In this document: piece after piece, positions 17,518 to 27,229 of the stretch | Position numbering within the stretch: position 1 is the stretch's first letter | How the letters are laid out: every line of letters starts with the position of its first letter | From: a virus | Lineage: Duplodnaviria > Caudoviricetes | Virus record (IMG/VR): IMGVR_UViG_3300030330_002901 | Coordinates: 1-30,171 of that record | Reading direction: 5' to 3' (one strand) | Length of the DNA: 30,171 nucleotides | Translations under genes and position numbers: made by a program | The notes under the pieces: model-generated | Told to the model about the DNA's origin: nothing | The model's database searches: none | What the model saw: only the letters and a program-made list of their open reading frames with translations

Positions 17518-18978
17518 TTATGCATCTTGGAATAAGAAGAAGTTGTTTGCACCTAAAGTACACACAGCTCTTTCACTCAAGAAGTTGACTTCCATCGCAT
17601 CTAAGTCAGAAGTTCTTGCTCCACCAGCAGAACCAGTGATCCAAGTTTTGTATCTTCTGTCTTCAGTTTCAGAAGCTCTATATCTTACATGTAAGAATGG
17701 TCTCTTCGCGTTCTTACCTAAGATTTGGTCATAAACAGTTGTTGAGCCCGCAGGAACTAAAAGTCCATTGATTGCTCCACCAACAACACCACCTCTCATA
17801 GTAGGATCGTTTAGGTATTTCCAGTCTGACTTGTAAAAGTCATATCCTCTTCTGAATCCAGTAAAGCCAAGATTTAGTGCCATTTCTTCATCATTGTCAA
17901 ATAAACCATATGAAGTACCACCAGCTCCATAGGAGTTTTGAGCAGCTAACATATCATCAATATCAAATGAGAAGTTTCTGTTTAAGAAAATTACATTTTC
18001 TTCAATAGCACCTTGCTTGTCTAATCTTTGGATAATAGAATCAAAATCTGCAAGTGTAGTTGGGTTTCCACCTCCATACACATTACCTCTATTTTGAACA
18101 GCGAAGAAGATACCATCAGAACCATTTAAGTTTGCAACAGACGCACCGGCTGCAACACCTTGTAAGAAGTCACCAGCACCAGATGCTGCCTCTGCAGGAA
18201 CTGCCTCAATCATTGCAGTTTCCAAATAGTCCTCAAATCTAAGTCTTGTTTCGTGCTCAGATTTTAGATACCATAAATATCCACTTGCTCCATTTTCAGT
18301 TGTAATTTCAATCCATCCAATTTGAGCCATATCAGAACCAGATACTTGGTATTTGTCCTTAATAATAATTGGCTTGTTGTCAAAGATGAAATCATCAGCC
18401 TCTAAAGAGCCTACCATTCCATTAGTTCCTTTGTTAAATTCAGAACCATATATGAAAATATCACATGCAACACCAGCAGCTACAGCTTGTCCAGCAGCCT
18501 CATAGTAAGCAATAGTTACTACATTAGGTGCACCAGCAGTAGGAGCAACAGTAACAATCCCTTTGTTAGTTAAGTTAGAACCAGGAGTTCTATCAGAAAT
18601 CATAACAGTTTGTCCAACTCTTAATGCAGCAGTATTTGGCGTACCAGCTAAAGCAGGGTTAAAGTTAGAAATGTTATTAGGAATTGTCCATACTCCAGTT
18701 GCTGCTCCCGCAGCACCAGCAGATGTACATGATTGATATTTCACATGAAGTCTTCCTTGCTCTGCCCATTTGATAAGGTCAGAGTTAGAAGGCATTTCAG
18801 CTCCTACCATACGTAGGAAAGAACTGATTGATCGATTGCCATATCTTTCAAACTCTTTTTCGTAAGTATCAGGTAAATACTGATTCAAGAAATTGAAGTC
18901 TGTAATATAATTTGTAGACAACGGTACTTGTTGGCTACTTGGTTGCAAATCAAAACCAGGAGTTACATTTACACTCAT
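17518..18978 (-). CDS. Major capsid protein, 486 aa
   Basis: Follows the portal and scaffold genes and is followed by a strong terminator. Motifs IKWAEQGRLH, YGSEFNKG, NKPIIIKDKYQVSGSD and LNLGFTGFRRGYDFYK; size similar to crAss-like MCPs. Confidence 0.88.
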   Translation of the reverse strand: MSVNVTPGFDLQPSSQQVPLSTNYITDFNFLNQYLPDTYEKEFERYGNRSISSFLRMVGAEMPSNSDLIKWAEQGRLHVKYQSCTSAGAAGAATGVWTIPNNISNFNPALAGTPNTAALRVGQTVMISDRTPGSNLTNKGIVTVAPTAGAPNVVTIAYYEAAGQAVAAGVACDIFIYGSEFNKGTNGMVGSLEADDFIFDNKPIIIKDKYQVSGSDMAQIGWIEITTENGASGYLWYLKSEHETRLRFEDYLETAMIEAVPAEAASGAGDFLQGVAAGASVANLNGSDGIFFAVQNRGNVYGGGNPTTLADFDSIIQRLDKQGAIEENVIFLNRNFSFDIDDMLAAQNSYGAGGTSYGLFDNDEEMALNLGFTGFRRGYDFYKSDWKYLNDPTMRGGVVGGAINGLLVPAGSTTVYDQILGKNAKRPFLHVRYRASETEDRRYKTWITGSAGGARTSDLDAMEVNFLSERAVCTLGANNFFLFQDA

Positions 18979-18997
18979 AATTTAAATTTTTAATAGT

Positions 18998-20140
18998 TTA
19001 TACTTTTTTAATACTTCTAATTTTGAGCCCTCTACCACTGTTTCGGTCTTGTGATTGTACATTTCGTATTTTCAACCCATCTTTACTAACTAATCTTGGT
19101 GCTTGTCTCACATCCATATTAATGTTTTTAGATTTCTTACTCACACTTTCTACAGCTTGTGCAACACCTAAGTCATAAAAATGTTTAGCAAATTTATCTG
19201 GATTCAAAGCTACCGATAAGGCTTTATGATAAGCCTTCGGATTTTTTATAAGTCCTTTGTCATCAATAAACTTTTTTGAAAAGTTTGAAAAATCAACTTG
19301 AACATTATAAAGTTCCTCTTTGGTGCCAGGTTTAAAAGTAATATCTTTATCTCCTACATTGAAATCAAAACCTTTGAAATCATCGGAAAAAACTTCTTTA
19401 GTTCTTTCTTGGAAATATTCAATTCTTTTTTTACTTGCCTCCTCTACAGTTTTAGACTGCTCGATATACTTATGATAAGCATCTAATTGTTTTTCTTGAT
19501 CTTCAGATAATCCACCCCCACTTGACTCAAGAGGGATTTTATACTTATCCTTTTGTTCGTTAAAAAACTTTTTTGCTTTCGCAAGTTCTCGTTTTTTAGC
19601 TAACTTTTTTTTCTTGACATCTTTTGGATCATCCAGTTCTTCATCAAAACCAAATTTATCCTCCATAATATCTTGAATGTCTATTGCATCTAAACCTTCT
19701 TCGTTATGTGCAATAAAGTCAGCCAGTACAGCTTCATCCTCCATAGAATCATAATCTCTTTGTAACTGATAGAAATCATCAATCCCACGACCAGTTTCTT
19801 GCTTGTACTTTAGATATGCAGAAACATCTTCAGGTAATGGATCGTTTGCCTCTTTTTCCGCGAAAAGATCATCAACCGAGTTTATTTCTTTGTCATATCT
19901 GTTCTTTAAATATGAAAGAACGTCTTCATCATTTAACTCTGATGAGGGAGTTTTTTCTTCTACTTCTGTAACACTTTCTGTTTGGTTTTCAGTTGATTCA
20001 GATTTAACTTCAACCACTTCAGTTTCATTTTCTTGAGTTGGTTGATTTAATTCTTCTTCGTGTTTTTTTAGAAGTGTTTCTTCTATTTCTGCTTTTGATT
20101 TATTATCGCTACCTTCGATAGCTCTTACTTTTATTTCCAT
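18998..20140 (-). CDS. Capsid scaffolding protein, 380 aa
   Basis: Very acidic, helical N-terminal half and basic C-terminal tail, immediately upstream of the MCP gene. Confidence 0.75.
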   Translation of the reverse strand: MEIKVRAIEGSDNKSKAEIEETLLKKHEEELNQPTQENETEVVEVKSESTENQTESVTEVEEKTPSSELNDEDVLSYLKNRYDKEINSVDDLFAEKEANDPLPEDVSAYLKYKQETGRGIDDFYQLQRDYDSMEDEAVLADFIAHNEEGLDAIDIQDIMEDKFGFDEELDDPKDVKKKKLAKKRELAKAKKFFNEQKDKYKIPLESSGGGLSEDQEKQLDAYHKYIEQSKTVEEASKKRIEYFQERTKEVFSDDFKGFDFNVGDKDITFKPGTKEELYNVQVDFSNFSKKFIDDKGLIKNPKAYHKALSVALNPDKFAKHFYDLGVAQAVESVSKKSKNINMDVRQAPRLVSKDGLKIRNVQSQDRNSGRGLKIRSIKKV

Positions 20141-20162
20141 TAGATTAAATTTTTATTTTTTA

Positions 20163-20170
20163 CAAAGTTA
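20163..20170 (-). promoter_or_regulatory. Bacteroidota -7 promoter element (TAACTTTG) for scaffold-MCP
   Basis: TAnnTTTG in an AT-rich gap, 22 nt upstream of the ATG at 20140. Confidence 0.7.
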
Positions 20171-20190
20171 TACATTTATTTATTTATTTT

Positions 20191-20730
20191 TCAAGCAACT
20201 TTTTTGTAATGCTCATACAAATCATTACCTATTTTTATACCAGCATCTGAATCTGATTTATAGTGAACATGAGCAACAAGTCTACTATTAGAGATGTTTT
20301 GTGCAGCTTGTAAAAACTCTGCACTATGTACTGGATATATATCACTCAAAACATTTGCCACAAGTTGTGCTTGAGCCGAATGTCCAGAAGGAAAAGCTGG
20401 TGTCTGAGCACTATTCATTTTATGATATTTAAAATTTATACCAAAGTTTTTAGCAGCGACATCTGGTCTTTCTCTATCGTGATAATTTTTTATACTCATA
20501 ATTACTGGTTTACTTTTATTAATTAAATCATTTATGAGTTTTGTTGGTGGTTCAATTCTTCTTTTTAACAATATTTTTTCGAAGACATTATATATGTCAT
20601 CAAATTTATTAGCAAAAGCAACATCTAATGGCATATCATTTAAAGACATTATTTCTTGCAATTGTTTTATTGATCCGCTTTTAGGATACTTTAAATATTT
20701 ATATTTGTTTATTGAAAAGTTTTCAAACAT
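20191..20730 (-). CDS. PAP2 / vanadium-haloperoxidase superfamily phosphatase, 179 aa
   Basis: All three family motifs are present: Kx6RP (KNYHDRERP), PSGH (AFPSGHS) and SRx5Hx3D (SRLVAHVHYKSD). The ATG overlaps the portal stop (TAATG). Confidence 0.9.
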   Translation of the reverse strand: MFENFSINKYKYLKYPKSGSIKQLQEIMSLNDMPLDVAFANKFDDIYNVFEKILLKRRIEPPTKLINDLINKSKPVIMSIKNYHDRERPDVAAKNFGINFKYHKMNSAQTPAFPSGHSAQAQLVANVLSDIYPVHSAEFLQAAQNISNSRLVAHVHYKSDSDAGIKIGNDLYEHYKKVA

Positions 20731-23165
20731 TATCGAGGATCAAATTCAGCCATATCAAAACCATCTAAACTGTCTTCATTGGATTCGAAGTCTATTGGTG
20801 GTAAATCTCTTTTCTTTTGTTCAATCATTTTAGATGTTTGTGTAGATTGTTGACTTATTCTTTTTGATTTACCTTCTTCTTTTTCTCTTTCCCTGGCATC
20901 TATTTGAGATTGCTCTTGACCTTTTAACTGCATGTTGTATGCAAACTCTTCAGCCATAAGAGCTAATTTTAATTCTTTTTCTGCGGTTAGTTTTTGTATT
21001 TCGTATTGTGCCTTTGCTTGTTCCAATTGCATTTTGCTTTCAGTCTCCATAGCTACTCTTTGTTGCTCTGCTTGAGCTTTCATTTGAGTAACTTCCATTT
21101 GTTGCTGAGCCTGCATTTGTTGCATTTGCATTTGTTGTTGCTGTTGTTTTTCTTCCTTCTTTTTTCTTTTCAATTTAAGAAGTTGATTTGCCATTTTTAT
21201 ATTATGTATTTCTCTAATGTCAATAGCATCTTCTAAATTAATATCTTGTTTTGACAAAGCCATTTGAATGTTTTGTTCTAACATTGCTTTTTGCTCTTCA
21301 TCTGGTGCTAACTCTATAAAAATACCAAAGTCATATATGTATAAGTCTTTAATGTCATTCAATATTGCGGTGTTGAATTTACCTATTTGCATCGCAAACT
21401 CATCCTTGAAATCAGCATACTTCAATACATCGGCAGTCCTAATTGCTAAACATTCTGAAAGAGTGCGAGTTATATACAGACTGCTATCCAATATATGTCT
21501 TGTTGCAACATTTGAATTTAACGCTGCAAGTTTTTGAACACCAACCAAAGAGTTTGGATCTGGCATAGAACCATCTCTTGCCTCATTAAGACCAGTGACA
21601 GTTCTTATCATATCTAAATAATGATTGTAATTACCAATCAACATTTGTAATTTACTTGCTCCACTATTAGTGTTTAGTTGCTGAATAGGTACTCTTGCAT
21701 TATTAAACTCACCATCACCAGTATAACTTCTACCTACTACACTACCAGTTTGGAAATATAATCTCAAAGCATCCTCAGGATTGTAAGCAGCGCCAGTTCC
21801 TAAATCAACTTCGTTCAAACCATCGGCATCAATAAAAACACCATCAGGAACTACCCTTGCAACTACTTGTTGAATTTTTAAATGTGTAACCTGAATCAAA
21901 TCAGCAAATGGAATCATCCTTTTGCATAGTGATTCCATAATGCCTTTATAACTTCTTGGTGCACAAGCAACATAGTTTGGCATTGCAAATTGATTCGAAG
22001 ATTTAGGTCTAACCATATTCTCCATTAGTCTCCATTGAAGAATAATATTTGTACCCATAACCATTACTCCTTCATACCATACATCAATCTTTTTTTCTAC
22101 TCTTTCAAACTCTCCCTCTTCTTGCATTTCTTGTGGAGGATTGAACTGATCATCTTTTTGTACGGTTTTGAATGTACCATCAGCAAGTCTTTTTTTCTTG
22201 TAAACAAAAGAATTTGTAGTTTTATAATTAAAGTACAGCAGAGTTGCAGTATCTCTATAGAACATAGAGTTTTCATAATATTGTGCATTGTTAAAATAAT
22301 TGTACCAAGATTGACTGTATTTAGATATTTCATACAAGTCTTCATCTGTCAAATCGGGGTTTATTTTTATAAGCTCTGTTATTGGAACTGTTTTAATTTC
22401 TCCCCAATAAAAACAATCTTTAAAATATGGATCTTCAGTATAGCTATAAACTACATTAATTGGATCAACATAGTCTACTTTTACTCCTTGACCTAATAAA
22501 AAATTATGTTTACATATTCCTATGCCTAAAGTTGCTATATCATAATCAACTCTTTTTCTTACCTCATCATAATGATTTTCATCTAACAAAGTATTGATTG
22601 CCTCTTCACAAGCTATCTCAATAGCTGGTTTATATTTAAGATTCATGAATAGCTCTAACTCTTCGCTACTTTCAGGTAGCTCTTCTTCTGGTACATTAAA
22701 AACATCAATTTTGAAATCTTGTGTCATTTGTGTTAGAACTGGTCTTGCAACCATATCTGCCTCTATCATTTCTTGAAACTGTGTTCTTTTTTCTGCCGAC
22801 ATTGCGTCTTGTGCATATGCTTTTACTTTGAATAATCTGTCAGACATTCCATTGACTACAATGTCAATAAATTTTGGTATTACTGGAACTGGTGTCCAGT
22901 CTAAATTAAGGTAAGATAAATCACCATCAACAGCCAATTCATTTTTATATTTAGCTACTGATTGTTCTCCACGCGCATACAGTCTTAATTTATGAAACTC
23001 TGCATACTGACTGTAAAATCTACATGATCCATTATCTCTTCTAAACCACTCATATTGTATGGCTTGTCCTATCTGTAAACCATACTCATCTGTAGCTTTT
23101 TCTGAATCTGAAACAAATTGATCTGGAAATGCCGCGGATTTTATATCTATATTTACCTGCTTCAT
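20730..23165 (-). CDS. Portal protein, 811 aa
   Basis: Directly downstream of TerL (ATGA overlap). Has VIPKFIDIVVNG and IRTVTGLNEARDG motifs and a long Gln-rich C-terminal coiled coil, typical of P22/crAss-type portal barrels. Confidence 0.9.
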   Translation of the reverse strand: MKQVNIDIKSAAFPDQFVSDSEKATDEYGLQIGQAIQYEWFRRDNGSCRFYSQYAEFHKLRLYARGEQSVAKYKNELAVDGDLSYLNLDWTPVPVIPKFIDIVVNGMSDRLFKVKAYAQDAMSAEKRTQFQEMIEADMVARPVLTQMTQDFKIDVFNVPEEELPESSEELELFMNLKYKPAIEIACEEAINTLLDENHYDEVRKRVDYDIATLGIGICKHNFLLGQGVKVDYVDPINVVYSYTEDPYFKDCFYWGEIKTVPITELIKINPDLTDEDLYEISKYSQSWYNYFNNAQYYENSMFYRDTATLLYFNYKTTNSFVYKKKRLADGTFKTVQKDDQFNPPQEMQEEGEFERVEKKIDVWYEGVMVMGTNIILQWRLMENMVRPKSSNQFAMPNYVACAPRSYKGIMESLCKRMIPFADLIQVTHLKIQQVVARVVPDGVFIDADGLNEVDLGTGAAYNPEDALRLYFQTGSVVGRSYTGDGEFNNARVPIQQLNTNSGASKLQMLIGNYNHYLDMIRTVTGLNEARDGSMPDPNSLVGVQKLAALNSNVATRHILDSSLYITRTLSECLAIRTADVLKYADFKDEFAMQIGKFNTAILNDIKDLYIYDFGIFIELAPDEEQKAMLEQNIQMALSKQDINLEDAIDIREIHNIKMANQLLKLKRKKKEEKQQQQQMQMQQMQAQQQMEVTQMKAQAEQQRVAMETESKMQLEQAKAQYEIQKLTAEKELKLALMAEEFAYNMQLKGQEQSQIDAREREKEEGKSKRISQQSTQTSKMIEQKKRDLPPIDFESNEDSLDGFDMAEFDPR

Positions 23166-25444
23166 CTATTAAGAAGTTGACTTACTGTATTTTTATTACT
23201 GTATCTTGCAAAGTTAATGCTAATTTTCGACTTTTCTTTAGTCGGTGTGTACAAGTGTTTTTGGTTAGCCATAACAGCCAATCCACTGCTTATACTTGCA
23301 TCAAACTTAGTTCGATTACTTATATCAAATTTTGCCCAATCTTCTAAAGTTCTTTGAAAATACATATTGCCTATATCTCCAGTTTCTCTAAAAGTTCCCT
23401 CCATATCAAAGCCAATATATTTTTCAATGTATGACTCGATAGCTGATGCATGGGCTTGTTTTACATCTTCAGATGTATTTGGTATACCACCCAGCTCTCT
23501 TTCTGTTTTGGAAAGTTTATTGAATACCTTGTCAGGTCTGTTCATGCAGAAATGTCTGTATCCTCTATTTTTGAAATGATATAATAACCTCGGCTTGTTA
23601 TTTTCAATTAGTATAGGCATACCATAAAATACACAAGCCATTAATACTTCCTCAAAAAATATTTCTGCGGTTTGAGGTCGAGCTATATATTCTAAAAAAA
23701 ACTCATTACTCGGCCACTCATCCATATTAAACTTTGTCATCCCATGTAAAGAACCATTTGAGCCTTTACCTACGACAACTCCTGATATGTCATAAGAATC
23801 ACAACCAAACGATCCTAAATGTTCATTACCAGGATAATACTTTCCATTCTTTTTAAGAACATTATTTTGTTGTTCTTTTTTCGGTAGGAAAGATACAAAA
23901 AATCTTCCTCTTTTATCTGGACTCCATAAAACCTCTGAATCCTTCACACCATTCTTCCAAAAGAACTTACCTTGAACAATGTGTTGGTTTATTATCAAGC
24001 TATCATTATAATCTATTTGTTGATATATTTTGGTTAAATTAAATAAAGATTGTTTGCTCTCATCCCTAAATGCATGTGATTCAGAACGAGGAAATTGTCT
24101 ATAATATTCATTAAGTGCATCTGGATCTAAAGCTAAAGACTCAACTTCATTTTCCCAATAATTTATAGCACCATGATATATGTACTCACCATCAATACCT
24201 TTTACTTCTTGGCTCGGAGTTTTCAAAACTGGGTTGCCATATCTATCTATAAAGCCCTCCATATTCCACTCCATAGGAATAAACAAACTATACAATCCAC
24301 TTTTAGTCTGACCATTAGCATTTCTTTGTGAAGGATTTGAGTCATTAAATAATTGTTTAAAATTATTACCACCTTTATCTAAAGCATTAGATGTAGAGCC
24401 CATCATACATTTACCAATAACCTTACTACCCAGTCTTAAACAAGTTTTTGTAACTCTCCAGTTATTCAAAATATTTTCTGGTCTTTCCCATTTCCCACTT
24501 TCATCATGTATTAATAATTGAAGTTTTTCTCCATCATAACTATTGTCAGATGTGTTTTTCCAATCTATTGTTGTATCGAGTCCATCCAAATCTTCTTCGC
24601 CTTGATCATACATATTTTTTTTTGTAATCTTAGATGCAGGAACTCGATAAGCTAATTCTGTTTTTGGCTTGTCCATACCATCTTGGATTGGTTTAAAGAA
24701 AAATGGATAGTTGTTAGATATTGGCACAATTTTATCTGTAAACATTTTTTTAGCATCTGCACCAGTTTTTGACAAAACACCTATTCGTGCATCTCGAGAT
24801 AATGTAGCTGTATTAACTCCTTCACACGAACTCATAAAAGAAAAACCTGATCTTCTTATTTTTAAATAACAAATCCCAAAACTTCTTTTATCTAACTTAC
24901 ATGCCTCCCAGTATATATAAAAAATTCTATTTGCCTCTCTAAAATCAGGATGTCCAACATCGATTTTTGTCCATTGTAAATACATATAATGTGTGCCGGT
25001 TATATATGTAGGTATGCCATTGTTTAGAAACCAATGCCCATTCTCTCTTCTGTTAAATTCTGTTTCGATGTAGTTTATCCACTTGTCTTTAAAATTAGGT
25101 GGTGCATCATACCATTGAAAGATAGTTTGAATCCTTTTAAGTTCCTTAGGATAGGTGTGAGGTTGCCAATATTGATCTTCTTTTTTTTTCTCAGATTTGA
25201 GTTGTGGAGTTTTTGGAAGAGCTATTCTTAAGTTGTTTATAAAATAAATATCTCCTATAGTTCCATCTTTTGATATAACAACAATGTCATATTTTTCATT
25301 ATAACCTGGCTGCCAAGCATGAGCTTTATTTTTCTTTGCTAAAACATTCTTGGGTATAACACCATCTAATACAACATGCAGTTTATCTGGATCGTGATTC
25401 AGCAAATCCTTTCGGAGTATTTGTTTTTTTAATTTCATTCCCAT
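23162..25444 (-). CDS. terL: Terminase large subunit, ~760 aa (true start may be a few codons downstream)
   Basis: Walker A-like LKIRRSGFS, Walker B LLIHDESGKW, coupling motif MGSTSN, QFP, and nuclease acidic motifs FGCDSYD and ILIENN. Confidence 0.93.
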   Translation of the reverse strand: MGMKLKKQILRKDLLNHDPDKLHVVLDGVIPKNVLAKKNKAHAWQPGYNEKYDIVVISKDGTIGDIYFINNLRIALPKTPQLKSEKKKEDQYWQPHTYPKELKRIQTIFQWYDAPPNFKDKWINYIETEFNRRENGHWFLNNGIPTYITGTHYMYLQWTKIDVGHPDFREANRIFYIYWEACKLDKRSFGICYLKIRRSGFSFMSSCEGVNTATLSRDARIGVLSKTGADAKKMFTDKIVPISNNYPFFFKPIQDGMDKPKTELAYRVPASKITKKNMYDQGEEDLDGLDTTIDWKNTSDNSYDGEKLQLLIHDESGKWERPENILNNWRVTKTCLRLGSKVIGKCMMGSTSNALDKGGNNFKQLFNDSNPSQRNANGQTKSGLYSLFIPMEWNMEGFIDRYGNPVLKTPSQEVKGIDGEYIYHGAINYWENEVESLALDPDALNEYYRQFPRSESHAFRDESKQSLFNLTKIYQQIDYNDSLIINQHIVQGKFFWKNGVKDSEVLWSPDKRGRFFVSFLPKKEQQNNVLKKNGKYYPGNEHLGSFGCDSYDISGVVVGKGSNGSLHGMTKFNMDEWPSNEFFLEYIARPQTAEIFFEEVLMACVFYGMPILIENNKPRLLYHFKNRGYRHFCMNRPDKVFNKLSKTERELGGIPNTSEDVKQAHASAIESYIEKYIGFDMEGTFRETGDIGNMYFQRTLEDWAKFDISNRTKFDASISSGLAVMANQKHLYTPTKEKSKISINFARYSNKNTVSQLLNR
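23209..23216 (-). promoter_or_regulatory. Possible -7 promoter (TAACTTTG) for the portal gene, embedded in the terL 3' end
   Basis: TAnnTTTG 43 nt upstream of the portal ATG, within codons for INFA. Confidence 0.5.
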
Positions 25445-25658
25445 CTAAAATTGATTTTTCATCTTCTATCCTTTTGAGTATTTCAAATGCATCAAATATA
25501 GCTAATTTCTTAGTGGCAGCTGCATTTTTCAATCTGTCTGCTGCTAACTCATCCTGGGGATCGGGTTTAATTATTTCTTCTTTTGCAACTTTAATTAACT
25601 GCTTTACAGCTCTTTCTCCAGCCTTTATGATTTCTAATTTAATTTCTTTAATTTCCAT
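25383..25658 (-). CDS. Putative terminase small subunit, 91 aa
   Basis: Small helical protein immediately upstream of and overlapping terL (ADRLKNAAATKKLAIFDAFEIL). The assignment is positional. Confidence 0.55.
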   Translation of the reverse strand: MEIKEIKLEIIKAGERAVKQLIKVAKEEIIKPDPQDELAADRLKNAAATKKLAIFDAFEILKRIEDEKSILDGNEIKKTNTPKGFAESRSR

Positions 25659-26220
25659 TTAATTTGAGTGTAATATTATTAGTAAACATTCTATATAAAA
25701 CCTCATCATCAATTATAAACTGATACTCACTATTTGGCTCATACGATACTTCATCACCCACCTTAAGACCTAAGTTTAAAAGCTCTGTATTAATATATTT
25801 TATAGTACCCACCAAAGGCTCTATACTTCCGCTTTTAGAAACAAAAGAGTCTTTCTTTTCTGATGGTTTTACAAAACAATATTTGTCATGACCAAACCAA
25901 ACATTATCTTTTTTGTATAGAAAAAACTGATCATAGTCAACTAAAAATAAATTTTCTTTGAGATAACTTCTTCCACTTTTTCTTCTACCATACATATCAT
26001 TATAAAACTTAAAAACATTGTGATGGACTACTAAAGTGTCTCCCTTTTTAATTTCTCCTTCATAGCCAATAGGAACTTCAATAACTTTAGCAAATCTATT
26101 TGAAGATGAAAAATCTTCTTCCGATGTGCTTGTAATAAAATCTATATCACCTATTTTTTTTATATTGTTATACCTTCTATTATTCAAAGGTGTTACAATA
26201 AAATAGTGTGGGGATTTCAT
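25648..26220 (-). CDS. GroES-like co-chaperonin with two tandem GroES-like halves, 190 aa
   Basis: Half 1: FIVTP...AKVIEVP...IKKGDTLVV. Half 2: CFVKP...GTIKY...LKVGDEVSYEPNSEYQFIIDDEVLYRM, which resembles GroES VKVGDxV...IDGEEYLIM. Confidence 0.7.
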   Translation of the reverse strand: MKSPHYFIVTPLNNRRYNNIKKIGDIDFITSTSEEDFSSSNRFAKVIEVPIGYEGEIKKGDTLVVHHNVFKFYNDMYGRRKSGRSYLKENLFLVDYDQFFLYKKDNVWFGHDKYCFVKPSEKKDSFVSKSGSIEPLVGTIKYINTELLNLGLKVGDEVSYEPNSEYQFIIDDEVLYRMFTNNITLKLNGN

Positions 26221-26444
26221 TAAAAGTTTATGTTATATTCTAAAGATATAGGCATAGTAAATTTAAATTCTTTCCATAATAAAACTTCATCTTTTTGTAG
26301 AATCCAAATTTTATATGAGTCAGAAGATAAGTCTTGTTGTATTAGATGAATTATATATTTACCACCCAAAACTTCTTGACCAACGATGTAGTGCATTGCC
26401 CCTGATTTATAATCAGCGCCTATAGAAATTTTTCTTATATCCAT
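26220..26444 (-). CDS. Conserved hypothetical phage protein, 74 aa
   Basis: ORF coupled to the GroES-like gene by TAATG overlap; IRKISIGADYK-AMHYIVGQ motif. Confidence 0.7.
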   Translation of the reverse strand: MDIRKISIGADYKSGAMHYIVGQEVLGGKYIIHLIQQDLSSDSYKIWILQKDEVLLWKEFKFTMPISLEYNINF

Positions 26445-26448
26445 TTAA

Positions 26449-26988
26449 TTAAAATGTAGTTCCTACAGTAAGTACCCTATAAAGTATGTTGAAATATGCA
26501 ACGCCAGTGCCTTGAGTTACAGCACCATTATTTGACAAAACAAGTGGTTCATTTACACCCATTGTTGCGGTAGTTTGAACTGGTAAATTGGTTACAGTAT
26601 CTGCCGCAGCATTAAAACCATTTCCAACTGTATTGAAGGGAACAGCAGAGATTTGTGTACCAGTGGTTGTTCCTATAGGTGAAATTTGGTTAAAATCATA
26701 TTGTTGTGAACCAACATCCATGTATAAAGAAATATTCATTATACTTAAAACTTTATTTGCGCCTGGAGCTGCAATTAAGTCTATACTTTGTGCAGGTAAT
26801 GTAAGTAATCTTCCGCTACTAACTTCTACATGAGCCACCAAAGTATCTACACCAAATAAAGACTGTACTGCACCTAATGTGCAAGATTTAGTCATGAGGT
26901 TTGCATCCTCATCGGTAAGTATTAAATAATCTGAAGCTACTGGTGTAACTAAGTTAGGGTATGCGGATGTGTTACTTATTCTTGCCAT
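26449..26988 (-). CDS. Virion structural protein, 179 aa
   Basis: N-terminal MARISNTSAYP...DYLILTD...TKSCTL docking-like segment followed by a beta-sandwich-like region (IAAPGANK...). Confidence 0.6.
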   Translation of the reverse strand: MARISNTSAYPNLVTPVASDYLILTDEDANLMTKSCTLGAVQSLFGVDTLVAHVEVSSGRLLTLPAQSIDLIAAPGANKVLSIMNISLYMDVGSQQYDFNQISPIGTTTGTQISAVPFNTVGNGFNAAADTVTNLPVQTTATMGVNEPLVLSNNGAVTQGTGVAYFNILYRVLTVGTTF

Positions 26989-27229
26989 CTTTATCTTTTG
27001 AAGGTTTTACGTCTCCAGTTTTTAAATCAATTACTGCATCTTGTCCATATTCTTCTATCAATGCATCTTCCATTGCTTTGAATTGTCCTTGAAGCTCAGA
27101 TAATTCACTCAACAATTTTTTCTTTTGAATTTCAGCATCGGCTATGCCGATTTTTAAACTCATAAATTTATTGTTAAGAGCTTGTATTTCTTTTAATTGA
27201 TCTTCTGTTAATTTTAAAGTTTCTTCCAT
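26972..27229 (-). CDS. Small coiled-coil protein, 85 aa (possible fibre chaperone)
   Basis: Heptad-rich sequence ending EEYGQDAVIDLKTG, located after the fibre genes, with its own promoter box. Confidence 0.65.
   Translation of the reverse strand: MEETLKLTEDQLKEIQALNNKFMSLKIGIADAEIQKKKLLSELSELQGQFKAMEDALIEEYGQDAVIDLKTGDVKPSKDKDGKNK

Noticed and set aside
21090-21180. Gln/Met and Lys low-complexity run in the portal (KKKEEKQQQQQMQMQQMQAQQQM)
   Set aside because: Ordinary feature of the portal C-terminal barrel helix, not a DNA repeat element.
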